Source: Octopus bimaculoides
Lineage: Eukaryota
Length of the DNA: 64,000 nt
Direction of reading: 5' to 3'
Assembly (NCBI RefSeq): GCF_001194135.2
Contig: NC_068983.1
Location: forward strand, 140,924,580 to 140,988,579
The stretch's first letter is position 1; each line of letters begins with the position of its first letter. Shown in pieces: positions 12,072 through 25,959 of this stretch. The notes under the pieces are model-generated. The model saw only the letters and a program-made list of their open reading frames with translations, was not told where the DNA came from and did not search any database. Both the position numbers and the translations under genes were made by a program.

Positions 12072-14876
12072 TTTCCGGAATGCATAATCCAACGTGAAAA
12101 CTGGAAGTGACAGTAGAAAACAGGAATCGGAGAGGATTGCAATTCTGGGAGTAGAAAATCGTTATTTTGTTTCCGTCTTCCGTCTTCCATGGAAGCAAGA
12201 CATGAGTTTGCCATGGTACTGAGTGTATACGATTAGCTTGATTGTTAGAGGAGGTACAGAGAAAGAAACTAGCATACATGAACTAAGGAATACATCTAAT
12301 TAAACTTTAATTTGTTCCTATGTAAGAAAAAAATACATTTCTTGCATTTGCTTTAGAATGATTTCGTAAATATGGAGAGCCCCGACTATTAGGTTTGAAT
12401 AGTTTAATTCTTGTGTTAATGAAGCATTGCCTACAGTTGGCAACTGATGAGACCTAAGTATCTACTTAATGCAAAAATATTTTCAAGTGTATATTTTGCA
12501 ATTTAGACAAATGTAAATATGTATAGGAACATCGTGTGATGTAAATGAATTAGAGACTTTAGCATTTTAATCGTATTACTGCAAGGAGATAGGGAAAATA
12601 TTTTAAACTTCGATATGTGTAAGAGCAGATACCTTGTGATTCTGAAAGATCCAAGTGTGCTAGGTCCTCTATTGAATGAGGCTCTAAGAGTATATGCTCA
12701 CGCAGATGTACGACTGGGGTAGGTTTATGAAAATGAATTACAAGTGCATATATTCGCTGAAAATTAAAAATGAGTGATTGAATGATATTAGATAAAAGAG
12801 GAAGTATGACATTTATGTCCAAGAATACTTGTTTATTTCAGAGTACTCAACCGATGAACATTTCTATGACGTGTAGATAGAAGCTTCCAGTTCAAGCTGT
12901 AAGTAGCGAAATTTTACCAGTGGTGGCTAAATTACCAAAATATTTCTATGATGCTTATGATCAATGAGATATAATGAACTTCTGTTTGTGTTCAGAAATT
13001 AGTGGTAAATGTGTTCTTGTATTCTTTACATGAGAAACATTTGCCACACTATTGGTCATATTGAAAATGCGGAAGTAACAACGTTATGCGTACCCCCAAT
13101 TTTCACACAGTATGCTTGGCATTTATATGTATTCCAATATACTTCACTGGCCACGTATCTCATTCAATGGACCATCCATATTCACATACTATGAAAGTTT
13201 AATAGCACAGATTTGTGATGAGGATACACGCTTTGTTCCGCATACTTAGAAAACAGCATAAGACAGCTTCCTATGCTTGCATATTAGTATAAAGAAGTGT
13301 AGAGAGGTAGTTCCCACATTTTTTAAATGCAGCAGAAAGTCTGTTAACGATACTTTTCAGAGTTAAGTAGTGTGTACTAATCATTTAAGTACTTGTTGTA
13401 TATAAGTGGTCATATTTTTCGGGAAAGGAAACAAAGTCATTTATCTTACCTCTTTCATTAAACAGAAAATGTATAAATCACGAAATATCTTTCAATATAA
13501 AACCCAATTTCACTAGCTGAACCTGATTAGTGGGGATAAACAAGTGGGCAGTATCACAAAAAAAGAAATGTTAGCCTTAGAGGTTATTATATACCTTGGG
13601 AAGTAAAACAACTATTTATTACCTACCTTCAACTTTTCCATACAAATAAAGTTAATCTATAACCACTGTTAATAGGAATTACAAAACATTTTTTTAAAGT
13701 ATAAATTCCCCTGCTTGATTCACTTTAATATCACTCTGCGGATATTCATCATAAGTATGAAGCTGTTTAATTTTCCGAAGCCACGCATGGTTCGACGTCA
13801 GTTTGTATACGATTGAGATTCTGTCTAGATCATGCTTTAATACTACGTTCCTATCGTAATAATATATCTTATGTAAGATTGGTAGTCATGACAACTCAAT
13901 GTGTTGGCCAAATATATATTAATATATATGAAATGTCACCCGACGAAAACAAGCAATGGAAAGATATCCTATAAGGGAATATTGACACGAAAATGTGATT
14001 TGCTTTTTCCAAGAATATTCTCATAAACAAGCTTCAAGGAACAAAACGGATATCGCATCACGATATCTTGATGTTCTGATATCACGTTATTTTACATTTC
14101 TTAATAATTCAGTTTGCCATTGCATATAATCGTAATTATAACCTGTCTTAAAGGAAATCAAAATAAAAAAAATACACATTATATATTATATATAAAATTG
14201 GAATATGATATTGTTGTCTATAGTTGTTATATTATGGGAAAGTTTCAAGCGAAAGTAATGGTAGTTATCTAACGCCCATTTAATATATTACGTGTAACAT
14301 TATCGCTTAGATATTCCTATACTTATTTTTCTAATACCAAATGCACAGGTGATCTACAGAAGTATTATAATGGTTGCTTTCTGTTGAAAACTGGTTGAAA
14401 ACGTGTATTTGCTTTGGCCACTGTTACATAGCCAAAGAATCATTTGCAGAGAAAGAACTTAACCTGTATGTGTCATTGCAGCCACTGATTACGCACGTTG
14501 TGAGTGAACTAGTAATTTTAAATGTTTTAGAAATCTTTTAGTCCTAAGTCATCAAAATTGTGTATGAAAATAGCTAAATTGGAATATTGCTTGACCATTG
14601 CACATCCGATGCAAATAAAAAGCCAGGTATCCTCTACAAAATATTATGCAAAAAATGATCGGCAATATACACATTAAAGAGGGATCCACTGAGTTTCATC
14701 CACCGACGCTTCTATTATATGTATTCATTCCGGTAAATATGCCGGGTATATGCTAATTCATATAATCACATATAACACATCCTTCGTCTTTACATAATTG
14801 GGTTTAAACATTAATCAAATCATAACGTTCTTCATGTAAGCGAGAACTTATTTCTTGCCATATTTATAGCTTATAT

Positions 14877-15085
14877 AAGGCAGCGAGCTGGCAGAATCGT
14901 TACCGGGACGAAAACAAATCCTTAACGGCATTTATTCCGACGTTATGTTCTAAGTGAAATTCCGAAGTAGTCTTCGCTTTTCGTGATTTAGTGGTCGATA
15001 AGATACGAACCAGTTGAGCACTGGAATCGATGTAATCGACTTAACGTTTACCCGTGATTGCTGGCCTTGTACCAAAATGTGAAAG
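14877..15085 (+). mobile_element. SINE family C, near full length, diverged
   Basis: aaggcagcgagctggcagaatcgtta head, then ggtcgataagatacgaaccagttgagcactggaatcgatgtaatcgactt...tgctggccttgtaccaaaat. Confidence 0.85.
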
Positions 15086-16648
15086 TTGGCAGAAGACACG
15101 ACCAATTCGGGCAGTTACACCTGAAATGGTTCCATGTGATTTTTCCACAAAAAGCCTAAGCTAAGACAATTAGACCCCTTTGTAAGAAAGCTAACGAATG
15201 TGTACGGCAACAAAGACAAAAAAAAAGCAAAAAAGCAAAAAACGGAGAACATGGTACACAATTACGAATACAAACAACAAGGAATAACAAAAGGTGTCTT
15301 TCGATTGAGAACGAATCAAATTGAGCTGGTGTGTATGAAGTGAAAGCCTAATGGCAGAAACATAGGAGATGAACATACGACGTGTTGGCGGCCAGCAGTC
15401 AGGCCAAGAAAGAAAGATCATGGCTGACCGGACAACGGTCACGTGGAAAGAGGATAGATTGATAGAGGGCAGCGGAATCATTTACATACATATGTATGTA
15501 TCGATTCCAATAAAGGAACCTTGGATCTAGGTTAGAAACCGACTCTTTCTCTATTGGCAAGGAATCTTGTAATAAATTGAACAAAGATATACATACATAC
15601 TTACATACATACATACACACATACATACTATATTACATGAAAAAATGTGAACATGGAAAGTAATATTCTTAATATTATAAACCTGTAAAAGTACAGAACA
15701 AGTTATTATACATGTAAAAGTATAGGACAACTATTATTTCTAGTAAAATAAAGAATAAGAAACTTTTCACTTAAAATATTGCAGCAAAGAAAGTCAATTC
15801 TTCTAATTTATCACTCTTTACAGTTCTCATCTTTTAAATCTATTGTACAAAACTGTTCGGCTAATTTGTAAGTTTGTCTAATTAGTCACTTTTTTTCTGC
15901 ATATTTCAATTTTTTTCATATTTCATTTAAATATATGTTGTGATTGATTTATTTGATATTACCCATCCACACCAAATTAATGGCAGGGATTTTTACCATG
16001 TTCTTGTTTACACCATGGCTCGCCAAAGGTTACAAACAAGACCCCTAAACCATCAAGTACCAGGCTCACCTTAAGTAACCTAATTTTGCAGACTTAGGAG
16101 GTCATAGAGATTCGTTCAACAAAAAAAAAAATTCCAATGATTCCGGGATTGGGGGAATCCCACCCCCACCTCATTTTTTCCGAACTGAAATAAGGGATTT
16201 GCAGCATATTGGAAGGTCAGGGTACTTGATTCCACGCAAAAAATCTTTTTTTTTTTCTGAGTGAAAATCGTGCAGGTGTTAATATAGAAATTGACTATAA
16301 TGTTGTTATGTAACCTCAAATTAACCGCGATACTGCAAACCGATCATCAAAGACAATCCAGCCTTCAGCAAAACGTCTTTTTAGGGATAATCTAGGACAC
16401 TACATACAATGGGCATGTGATTTAGGTAGGGTGATATTTTGTTGCTATTTTTAGGGTGTCCAGCGACCAGGTAGAGGCTCTTTCATTGATTTGATCGTGT
16501 GATGAGATTTTTTTTACACATATATGTAATGTGTATATATATCATCGGTAGAAATTAGAGAGTAAGTCAAAAACTGAGAGGTTCGTGCATTGGCACTTAT
16601 CAAACATGAATTTGTCGATTGTCACTCTGTAACTTCTGAGGAAATAAC

Positions 16649-17058
16649 TTCTAAAATACAATATTCCGATACTGGTAGAATAAAAACACATTCTACCAGT
16701 ATCGGAAGTTTGAAAGGGATTACTTTAAAAAAATTAATTAAATAATCTGTATGTCTAATTGAATAGATCCGAAATGGATGAAAGGCAAAGTCGACATCGG
16801 CGGAATTTGAACTCAGAACATAAAGACAGACGAAATACCGCTTCTAAAATACAAAATTTTGTCAAAAACGTTAAGAGTAAAACCTGTACTATGTGACACA
16901 TTCTAATAGTATCGGAAGTGTTTAGTTACAAAAATTAATTAAATAATCTGTATATCAAAATTGACCTCGGCGAAATTTGAACTGAAAACCTAAAGATAGG
17001 CGATATACCGTTCAGCATTGCGCCCGGAACGTTAACGTTTCCGCAAGCACACCACCTT
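16649..17058 (-). repeat. Tandem duplication of about 195 bp, each unit ending in a minus-strand SINE-C segment
   Basis: Shared blocks cttctaaaatacaa, cacattcta..agtatcggaagt and aaaaattaattaaataatctgtat in both units. SINE-C reverse segments at 16786-16842 and 16957-17058. Confidence 0.85.
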
Positions 17059-17418
17059 AGTATGCAATGCGTTCATTTTAAAAATATATTCTTTATTCTT
17101 TTTGCTTAATCTTTACTCCCATCCTTGCTTACATACCGACATAAAATTTCGTAACATTTTACATGTGAAATATTTGTTGTATGCTAATATTACTTTATCT
17201 AGGTTCTTAAAGGGAAATGAAATCATTAAGGCAGCTAAACAAAAATTTAACAATAATACAGCTATATATGATTCCTCTACCTTAACAAATACCGAAATTT
17301 CGGTTCACTAAAATATGAACCTGTACTAATACCACATCGAACTGTAATATTTTGTCTCTTAAAATATATTAGGCTTTATGCATTAGACTAATTCCATTAT
17401 ATTTGTATAGGGTACGAA

Positions 17419-17716
17419 TAATGGCCCAGTGGTTAGGGCAGCAGACTCACGGTTGGAGGATCGAGGTTTCGATTCCCAGACCGCGCATTGTGTGTGTTTA
17501 TTGAGCGAAAACACTTAAAGATCCACGAGGCTCCGGCAGGGGGCGCTGGTGACTCCTGTTGTACTTGTTCGCCCCAACTTTCTGTCTCTCTTTCTTCCTG
17601 CTTCTTGAGTAACGCTGCGATGGACTTGCATCCCGTACAGCTGGGGGGAACACATACGCCATAGAAACCGGGCCCATGAGCCTGGCTAGGCTTCAGAAGG
17701 ACGCATAAATAAATAA
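17419..17716 (+). mobile_element. tRNA-derived SINE: family A head and body with an alternative 3' module
   Basis: Head and body match 3203 and 19609. The 3' part ctgcgatggacttgcatcccgtacag...gaacacatacgcc...gggcccatgagcctggctaggctt matches 44816-45069 instead. Short (aaat)n tail. Confidence 0.88.
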
Positions 17717-18416
17717 AACGAGCAAAGATAACTTGCTGAAAGCCAAACACTCTTCCAACTGAAGAATTTTAGCTTACAATATCAAGCATGATGAGTAAGT
17801 CAAAATACTTCGCTTAAGTCGTTTGGTAGAGTCGGCTTGTAATTATACAACATACACATACTTTATAGCTAGCTAAGAAATAAATAAATATTTTGCTTCA
17901 AGTTTTTCAATGCAGTAATCAATAATCTTTCTTCAAAACTATGGTGTTTTCAATTATATTGGTCAAAAGCTTTCTACTGTTTAACCACAGAGAATTGACA
18001 TCTTTACACGAGAGAAACTAACAAAATAAAATACAAAAATAAGTTAAATTAATTTATTCCTATTTTTACAAGACTGGTGTTTCATATTTTTATATCCTCT
18101 ATTCCACAAATTTTATATTTGCAGATTAAAATTTTTTATATTTCTACATTATTCTAAACGTTGTTTTCGTGCTACATTCTATTCGTTTGCTGTTCTATTT
18201 ATATATACGTTTCTTTTTTAATTTATCACAAAGACAATTTTGCTTGCATAACAGGAATATTACCTCGATCGTGTAATAGCAGAAGCCATTTCAAAAACAT
18301 GATAAACTTCTACTTTTTCAAAATACATTTTTTTTCTTTAACATTCCTAATACTTTCGCTTTGTGCAAATTATATAAATTTCTTGAACTATTGGAAGATT
18401 TACAAAAACTTACTGA

Positions 18417-18505
18417 TGCATCATCATCATCATCATCATTGTCATTATCATTATTATTATTATTAATGACGATGATGATAATGATAATAACAACAACAAC
18501 AATAA
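18417..18505. repeat. Compound trinucleotide microsatellite (CAT)n(TAT)n(GAT)n(AAC)n
   Basis: Direct reading. Confidence 0.9.
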
Positions 18506-19608
18506 TTTCGTTGTATTTGTTAGTATTCCTCCTCCTCTAGTTGGTGTTATGAAACATGAGAAAATAAGATTATTATTTATTTGCGCTTTTTTTTCCTTTT
18601 CATACATACATACATACATACATACACATGAATAGAATTAGAATAGCTGCAAATGTCAATCCTAATATTATCTTTAAAAACGTGTAGAAAAGAGGAAAGA
18701 TAAAACGGAAAACTTCACTGGTCGTGAACGCAAATCCATTTCTTAAAAGCATACAAATATGTTATACACACAGAAGGGGACATGCATTCGCATACATAAT
18801 CATACACATGCACAAACACATATACATTTATATATATATATTTATAATTGTGTGTGCATGTGTGTATGCGTGTGTGTGTGTGTGTGTGTGTGTGGAAACG
18901 TATATGTGTGTTTTCATTTCGATCATCGAATCTCGATGATCCTTTAATAAATTATGATCTACCATTTATCCGTTCGACTTTACTGTTCTGCTTCTGTTCA
19001 CAATGCATTCGGCGTTTGGGGCTATATCTTACAAAGTTTCGCATTACAACAGATTTGTGCAAATCTTTTATCCACATGCGTTTGATATTTGAATTAATGC
19101 AGAATTTACGCAGTGGTATTGATAAATAGTCTGATATCCCGGTATGAGTTTATGGCAGTAGAATTCAATAAGAATAAGGAATAGTTAAAAAATGTTCTCT
19201 TCGGTATTTGTTCGAATTGAATGCGTTACTTACTAGTGACATTTATAGCTCTGTACTTAGCAATTTTGAAACGAATTTAGTTAACCAAATCCCACAGCTA
19301 TTTGTCTGAAATAACTAAGTAAAGGAAAGTTTTACTAGTCTTCATCGAAGTATCTGAATCCTAGATGGTTTCACATACTCTGGTATATACAGTTCCTCTC
19401 GAAAATCATATGTAGATATTCAGCATGAATATAGGCTAGATATTTGACATGAACACCGATTAATGTACACGATATTACGTTTTCCCAAAAGCTATAACTG
19501 CATTTTGCTTTCAAGAACTGCTATATATTTGAATTTTTAGTATGCAGGCTTCGTGATACTTATAAATATTTCGCAAATACGTGGTAGCCAGTTAGACTAC
19601 ACTACAGA

Positions 19609-19997
19609 GTGGAGGCGCAATGGCCCAGTGGTTAGGGTAGCGGACTCGCGGTCATAGGATTGCGGTTTCGATTCCCAGACCGGGCGTTGTGAGTGTTTAT
19701 TGAACGAAAAACACCTAAAGCTCCACGAGGCTCCGGCAGGGGATGGTGGCGAACCCTGCTGTACTCTTTCACCACAACTTTCTCTCACTCTTACTTCCTG
19801 TTTCTGTTGTCCCTGTAATTCAAAGGGTGAGCCTTGTCACACTGTGTCACGCTGAATATCCCCGAGAACTACGTTAAGGTTATACGTGTCTGTGGAGTGC
19901 TCAGCCACTTGCAAATTAATTTCACGAGCAGGTTGTTCCGTTGATCGGATCAACTGGAACTCTCGATGTCGTAAGCGACGGAGTGCTAACAACAACA
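19609..19997 (+). mobile_element. tRNA-derived SINE family A, full length with (AAC)n tail
   Basis: Collinear with 3203-3572. 10-bp TSD acactacaga (19599-19608, 19998-20007). Confidence 0.92.
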
Positions 19998-20734
19998 ACA
20001 CTACAGAACACCTTGTGGTGGGGTGGAGAGGAATCTCTTCTTGTCCCCTCACTTTGGTCAGTCGGTCAATACATATGAATAAAAGGTAGAGGACCGAATT
20101 TTGCGCACCACCGTCAAATTGTCTGTCCTGTCTTGGAATGATACGAACTTCGGTCTCCTTTATTTTTACCAAGAAATCCATTATTACCATTAATGCTGTG
20201 CATTTTAATGCGTACATACTCTATCCGGTTTTTCTACTTCACATTCCGGACGTTTGTGTCAGATTTTATATAAAATGCCCTGTGTCCTACCCATCTTTCT
20301 GTGATGCACACTTTAAAAATTTAGGTTTATATATTTTATGAAAATACAAATTAGCAGTGGTGATATATTCTATGTAAAATCTAGATCAACCTGCTAGAAA
20401 TGAAACCAATAATACGTTGTTTGTGCCTGTTATATTAACAATATCTGAAATTATTCTAATGTTGCTGAAATATGGTGAAATCATCTGAAAACGTGGTACT
20501 TCATTAAATTTTAAATACTTGTTCAATTTCCAGCTCTCACACACATCCCATGATTTAGGCAATATTTAATTTATGTCTACATTAAGGTTATCACTTCATC
20601 ATTGAATGTAGGTTTCTTTCCTCTATGACTGATATTTCTCTGTAAAAAAATTCTCTAAAATTTTGCTTCATAGCTATACCAATTTTATGATATCTCGATT
20701 TCATAATTTTATGACGCTAAGGTTATGAACAAGG

Positions 20735-20930
20735 ACAATCGTTAGTGCAGTGGATAAAATGTTTTGCAGTGTTTCGTCCGACTCATTAGGAGCTGAGTTT
20801 ACCGAATGGCTTTGCTTTCCATCCTTTAGAGGTCGATAGAATAAGTACAAGTTTTGCACTGTTTTCGATGTTATTGACTAACACTCTTCCTGTATAATTA
20901 TTGGCCTTGTCTCAAAACTTGAAACCTTTA
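20735..20930 (+). mobile_element. SINE family C, diverged
   Basis: gtttcgtccgac...ccatcctttagaggtcgatagaataagtac...tggccttgtctcaaaacttgaaacc. Confidence 0.75.
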
Positions 20931-22329
20931 TTTTGGGAGGTTTTCCAAATATTTCCTTATGTATGAATAAATCTTGCAGCCCTATCGAAGAAAATGGTTC
21001 CATTTGTTTGTCAAGCAGAATTTTATTAAATTGAAAATTATTCTTTTCTTCGTAATATAGCTATTGGGATTTTCACGTGATTTCGTGATTTTTACGTGCT
21101 AAATTACTGAAGGATAATATAGCAGGAAAGAATCGAAAGAATTAGGAATTCTACTTATCTCACTATTCTTTATGTATTTTATGAGGTAAAGTGAAATTTG
21201 AATTTAAACATATATTTTTGCATTGAAGCCATTCGTGTTAAGTGTGTATACCTCAGTCATTATGCTATGTTTTGTTATATGTAAGTGTGTCGCATGATAT
21301 TTGTGTTAATACTAATAATTACTTTCCATTGTTGTTGGAAATGGATATCACAGTGATTTAGCAATATATTTTGCCATACATACACAATGAATTTCAATGA
21401 TGTACCTAAAAATTTCAGTTCATAACCAATATGGTATTTATTCTAAATATTCTATCCAATAAAGTAAAAATATATTTATGTCTTCGTGACAGAGCATTCC
21501 CTAAAGTCTTAGCGGAATCTTCTAGCAAAATCACCATTTCGCATTGCATGACATTTTCACTTGTGTACCATCGGATAGATTTAAAAAGAATTTCTCTATG
21601 TACAAGATTTATAAGTGGATCAGCTGAATGGATAAAACTTATGCTTCTCGAAAATACGGATACGACTTTGGCCCTATTGCATTGTAGTTTGAGTAAGCGG
21701 CTTCTGTAGTAGCCTCCGTAAGAAGCAAACTATGTGAGTGAAATTGTCGGAATGAAAATGGCGTGCAATGTGATACAGGTGTGCGGAATATATCTCGAAC
21801 ACCCAGCATGCAGCATGCATTTGTCACGGTTAGTATACATAACTATTATGTTGAAAATATTATCATCACTATATTACTCACTCATATATAGAATACATAG
21901 TGAAGATGTTTCATACATCAAACATCTTGGAACATCATTCACCAAAGAATACATAAGAATAAGAAGTATTTAACATTTCTGGGTTTCTGCTAGCTTATCC
22001 AGTCGGTGCAAAGTATATTTCCTGTTCATGAGAGCCATTGGTTTGGCTTTTGTTAAATTTTTGTATCAGTGATATGATTTTAAAGCAGATCTCAAGGTCA
22101 CTGTTAACCTGTCAAGATAATTTTGATCGTTGTTATGATTTTATGAGCTTTCATATTTTCGAGGTGAGTTTTTTTGGGGTTTTTTCAGTCAAGACTCAGC
22201 CATTCTGTTCACTGCTTCCTATTAACATAAACACACCACATTTTCCTCACCGGTCTATATGCGACATATAAACAAATCGGCAGTAATAGAAGAGCTGGGG
22301 TGTTTTTTTCTTCTTTTCTTCAGAGTGTA

Positions 22330-22505
22330 TGGCACATTACTTCTTGAGTGAAGGTGACCGGCACCGTATCATGAGAACATCCTATCAACTAAACCAGTTT
22401 CTTAGATGACTGTAGCAGATCTATGTTGATGAGCTTGTTCAATCGATCCTCCTTGATCTGAGTCGAGTGGCTGGAACACAGTCAGAGGTTGAAGGTCACC
22501 TGCTT
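22330..22505 (-). mobile_element. Mariner transposase N-terminal (HTH) fragment, decayed
   Basis: Minus frame FNL*LCSSHSTQIKEDRLNKLINIDLLQSSKKLV*LIGCSHDTV, resembling the mariner F.L.D..RSGRP...D.D.L..L...DP.QS..EL...LG.SH.TV segment. Contains stops. Confidence 0.65.
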
Positions 22506-23227
22506 GAAGCGTTTATATATATATATATATATATATATNNNNNNNNNNNNNNNNNNNNNNNNNNNNNNNNNNNNNNNNNNNNNNNNNNNNNNNNNNNNNN
22601 NNNNNNNNNNNNNNNNNNNNNNNNNNNNNNNNNNNNNNNNNNNNNNNNNNNNNNNNNNNNNNNNNNNNNNNNNNNNNNNNNNNNNNNNNNNNNNNNNNNN
22701 NNNNNNNNNNNNNNNNNNNNNNNNNNNNNNNNNNNNNNNNNNNNNNNNNNNNNNNNNNNNNNNNNNNNNNNNNNNNNNNNNNNNNNNNNNNNNNNNNNNN
22801 NNNNNNNNNNNNNNNNNNNNNNNNNNNNNNNNNNNNNNNNNNNNNNNNNNNNNNNNNNNNNNNNNNNNNNNTAGCACTTTTTAGATTTGCTGTGTTCCTG
22901 TGTGCGTGTGTGTGTGTGTGTGTGTATGTGTGTGTGTGTGTGTGTTTGTGCGAGAATCGACAAGGTAACTCGGTTGGAACGTCGAAGTTACTCTCAATAA
23001 TATTTGTGTTAACATTATTAATATGTACTCTAGAAAAGCATTCAATTAACCCATCAGAATAATCTAATTTTTTTTTACTATAACTAAGCATCACAAACAT
23101 TAACGAATGCATACATGTGTGTGTGTGTTGTGTTTATATGTATTTGTGTGCGTTCGCGCTTGCGTGTTTCTCTCTGTGTGTATGCTTGTGCGTGTGTATG
23201 TGTATGCATTTGCGAGTTTTTCTTTGT

Positions 23228-23258
<31 letters not shown>

Positions 23259-23703
23259 CAGTCGTCGGCTTCCCTATCACTCCACAAAATAAAACGATAA
23301 ATATGATACAGAATACTCATTCAAAAAACTTGCATTTAAGGAAACATAAATAACAGAGCTTAGCTTAGTTGTAATGAGTTTGTGATACAATTTAATATAA
23401 TTTAGTAATAAATTTAATATGTATCATCGGTTTGTAGTTGTTGGTGTTGCTATTATGACCCCATACACGCCTGTGGCTAAAATTTCAAAAGTAAATTTTG
23501 ATTGATGTCTCATAATTTGTGGACCAATAGGCATGGCACGTACCCTAGCTCGTCTGTAAACCAAAATATTTTGGCTGCCACAATGGATTCAGTATTATCA
23601 CTGACCTGTGTTATTTCCTCGCCAAGATCAATAGTTAAGTGTAGCACATTACGTATTTGTTGCATTTAAGACACTCATATGAACCAAGCGAAAATGTGTT
23701 CAA

Positions 23704-23858
23704 GAGATAGCTGTGTGGTAAGTAGCTTGCTTACGAACCACATGATTCCGGGTTCACACCCAGTGCGTGGCACCTTGGGCAAGTGTCTTCTACTATAGCC
23801 TCGGGCCGACCAAAGCCTTGTGAGTGGATTTGTTAGACGGAAACTGAAAGAAGCCTGT

Positions 23859-23935
<77 letters not shown>

Positions 23936-24150
23936 TTGTGTGTCTGTGTTTGTCCCCCCAACATCGCTTGACAACCGATGCTGGTGTGTTTACGTCCCCT
24001 TAATTTAGCGGTTCGGCAAAAGACACCGATAGAATAAGTACTAGGCTTACAAAGAATAAGTCCTGGTGTCGATTTGCTCGACTAAAGGCGGTGCTCCAGC
24101 ATGGCCACAGTCAAATGACTGAAACAAGTAAAAGAGTAAAGAGTAAGAGT
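23704..24150 (+). mobile_element. tRNA-derived SINE family B (CORE-like block) with internal (TA)n(TATG)n(TG)n
   Basis: gctgtgtggtaagtagcttgctta...gcgtggcaccttgggcaagtgtctt..., an internal microsatellite, then gatagaataagtact...ggcggtgctccagcatggcc...gactgaaacaagtaaaaga with a short gagtaa-type tail. Collinear with 31350-31726. Confidence 0.92.
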
Positions 24151-24267
24151 ATCATATATATTCCTCTTGTTTATTTGCTATAGCTCTTAATACGGTGCGA
24201 CATAAACTATACTAGCATATCGTAGGCAAGATTTGCAGATGATATTTCCTATACGCCACACTAATGT

Positions 24268-24298
<31 letters not shown>

Positions 24299-25429
24299 GC
24301 AACTGAAGCATTAAGTCTCTTGAGAGTTACAACAAAATCACTACAGTAATGTGAATTATTGCATTGAATCATAACTCAATACTTATAATTCAAACGAATG
24401 ATATACTATGTATTCCCTAGAAATTTCAGCTAAAACTCGCTCAAGCTATAACCATCTGTATAAGAAAAAAATGACAAGAAGGCGTAAATTTACCAGTCTA
24501 GTCATTTATTTCTATGTCTGAAATAAGGACGAGATGGTCACGGCTCGAATAGATTTGCTCATATGTAACTAAAGAAAAACTAAAATATTAATTGTCTTTT
24601 TTTATGCAGCGTTATTTACTCAATACTTGAATCTTACGTTCACTGCCTGGAATATATTATTAACTGTCGTCTCCTGCTAGAGTGAGATCATCTACTATAA
24701 ATATTCGTGTGAGTATTAATTGTATTAGAGTCTGTCTACCAATGAAAATAAGTTCACAAATGCATAACCAACTTCACTAGACATCCATTCTCGAACGGAG
24801 TTAGACGAACAGCCATTGAACGTGATAAGATTCAACAACAATACGGAGGATTTTATTTAAATATTTTTTTTATTTCTTTAACATAAATTTATTGTCATTG
24901 AATTTAATTTCATTGTTCTTTTCTCATGAAAATAACGGACAAAATGTTTGCTTTCATTACTAAGTTTGGATTAAACTTATAACCAACTTTCGACGAGGCA
25001 CGTCTGTTCTGCATTTCAAAGATTTATTTTACCTCATAGATTTAATACAGCAATGTCACAAAGAATAGAATCAATTATTTGTTTTATGACAGAGTATTTT
25101 ATACTTTAAAAAAGTATATAAAAATTTCTCTGCCGTCTCTGAAAAGCAAACACTTAAAACATTAATATGTATGTTTGTGTGAAAATTATTTACATTAACA
25201 AAAAATAAAGAAATAAAAATATAAAGAAATAAATTTCCTAATCTAAAGTTACAAAAGAAAAATGAATAAAGACAATATAAAATTATATTAAAAGCAAAGT
25301 TTACTTTTCCAATATTGAATAGGAAAAAAAATGGTTTTAACGTGAATGAAAAAAGAAAAGAAAAAGTATGAAAAATAATTGTTTTGCTTTATTTTCATCT
25401 CATTAATGCAAATCCCTAAGACAACATCA

Positions 25430-25585
25430 TGAAGAAAAAGCAAAAGCAGGAACAACATCAGCAGTAACAACAATGTCAGCAACAAAGTCAATAATAAATA
25501 TGCACATAAATAAACAAGAACAACAACAAAAATAACAAAAACAACAACAACAAAAACAAAAACAACAAAAACAACAACAGCAGGA
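25430..25585. repeat. Imperfect (AAC)n-rich low-complexity tract
   Basis: Direct reading. Confidence 0.8.
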
Positions 25586-25959
25586 AGAGATCCTTTTTTC
25601 ATTTTGCTAACAAGGCCCATTCATATATTCAGCTAGAGTTTACATTTGAATTACAATCATGCAGTGATGTACATACATAGATAAATGAAAAAAATTAAAA
25701 ATCAATAGCAGAGCATCGGATTTACATCGTATTTTGAGATAGATGTAAACTAAGAGCATTCATACAAATATATTACTTGATATGTGCTTTCGTATATCTA
25801 TGAATAATCTTTATTCTTTTCATACATTTCCTCTATAATGAAGAAGACTCAAAATAATTTAACTGCTTTCTTCAATGAGTCAGAGAGATAAGAAATTTCA
25901 TCTTTGATTATCACGATTATCATGATTATCTATATTGCGAAACCAGTCAGTGTCCAGGG

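Noticed and set aside
12444-12450. Other CTGANGA hammerhead core hits (also 16636-16642, 29774-29780, and minus strand near 5578, 33677 and 42308)
   Set aside because: None has a closed stem II followed by GAAA, a stem III and a complementary stem I.
12842-12898. Segments with strong splice-site pairs (also about 1251-1332 and the acceptor at 45149)
   Set aside because: Stops occur in all frames. They could only be non-coding exons, which cannot be supported without transcripts.
20087-20190. Plus frame ILRTTVKLSVLSWNDTNF resembling nAChR/chemotactile receptor loop D
   Set aside because: Short match bounded by stops, with no splice sites and no other receptor exons found.
21430-21722. About 100-codon minus open frame with a GPCR TM7-like FIHSADPLINL
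   Set aside because: No hydrophobic helix pattern or intact DPxxY motif. The opposite strand could equally be hAT debris, so it cannot be assigned.
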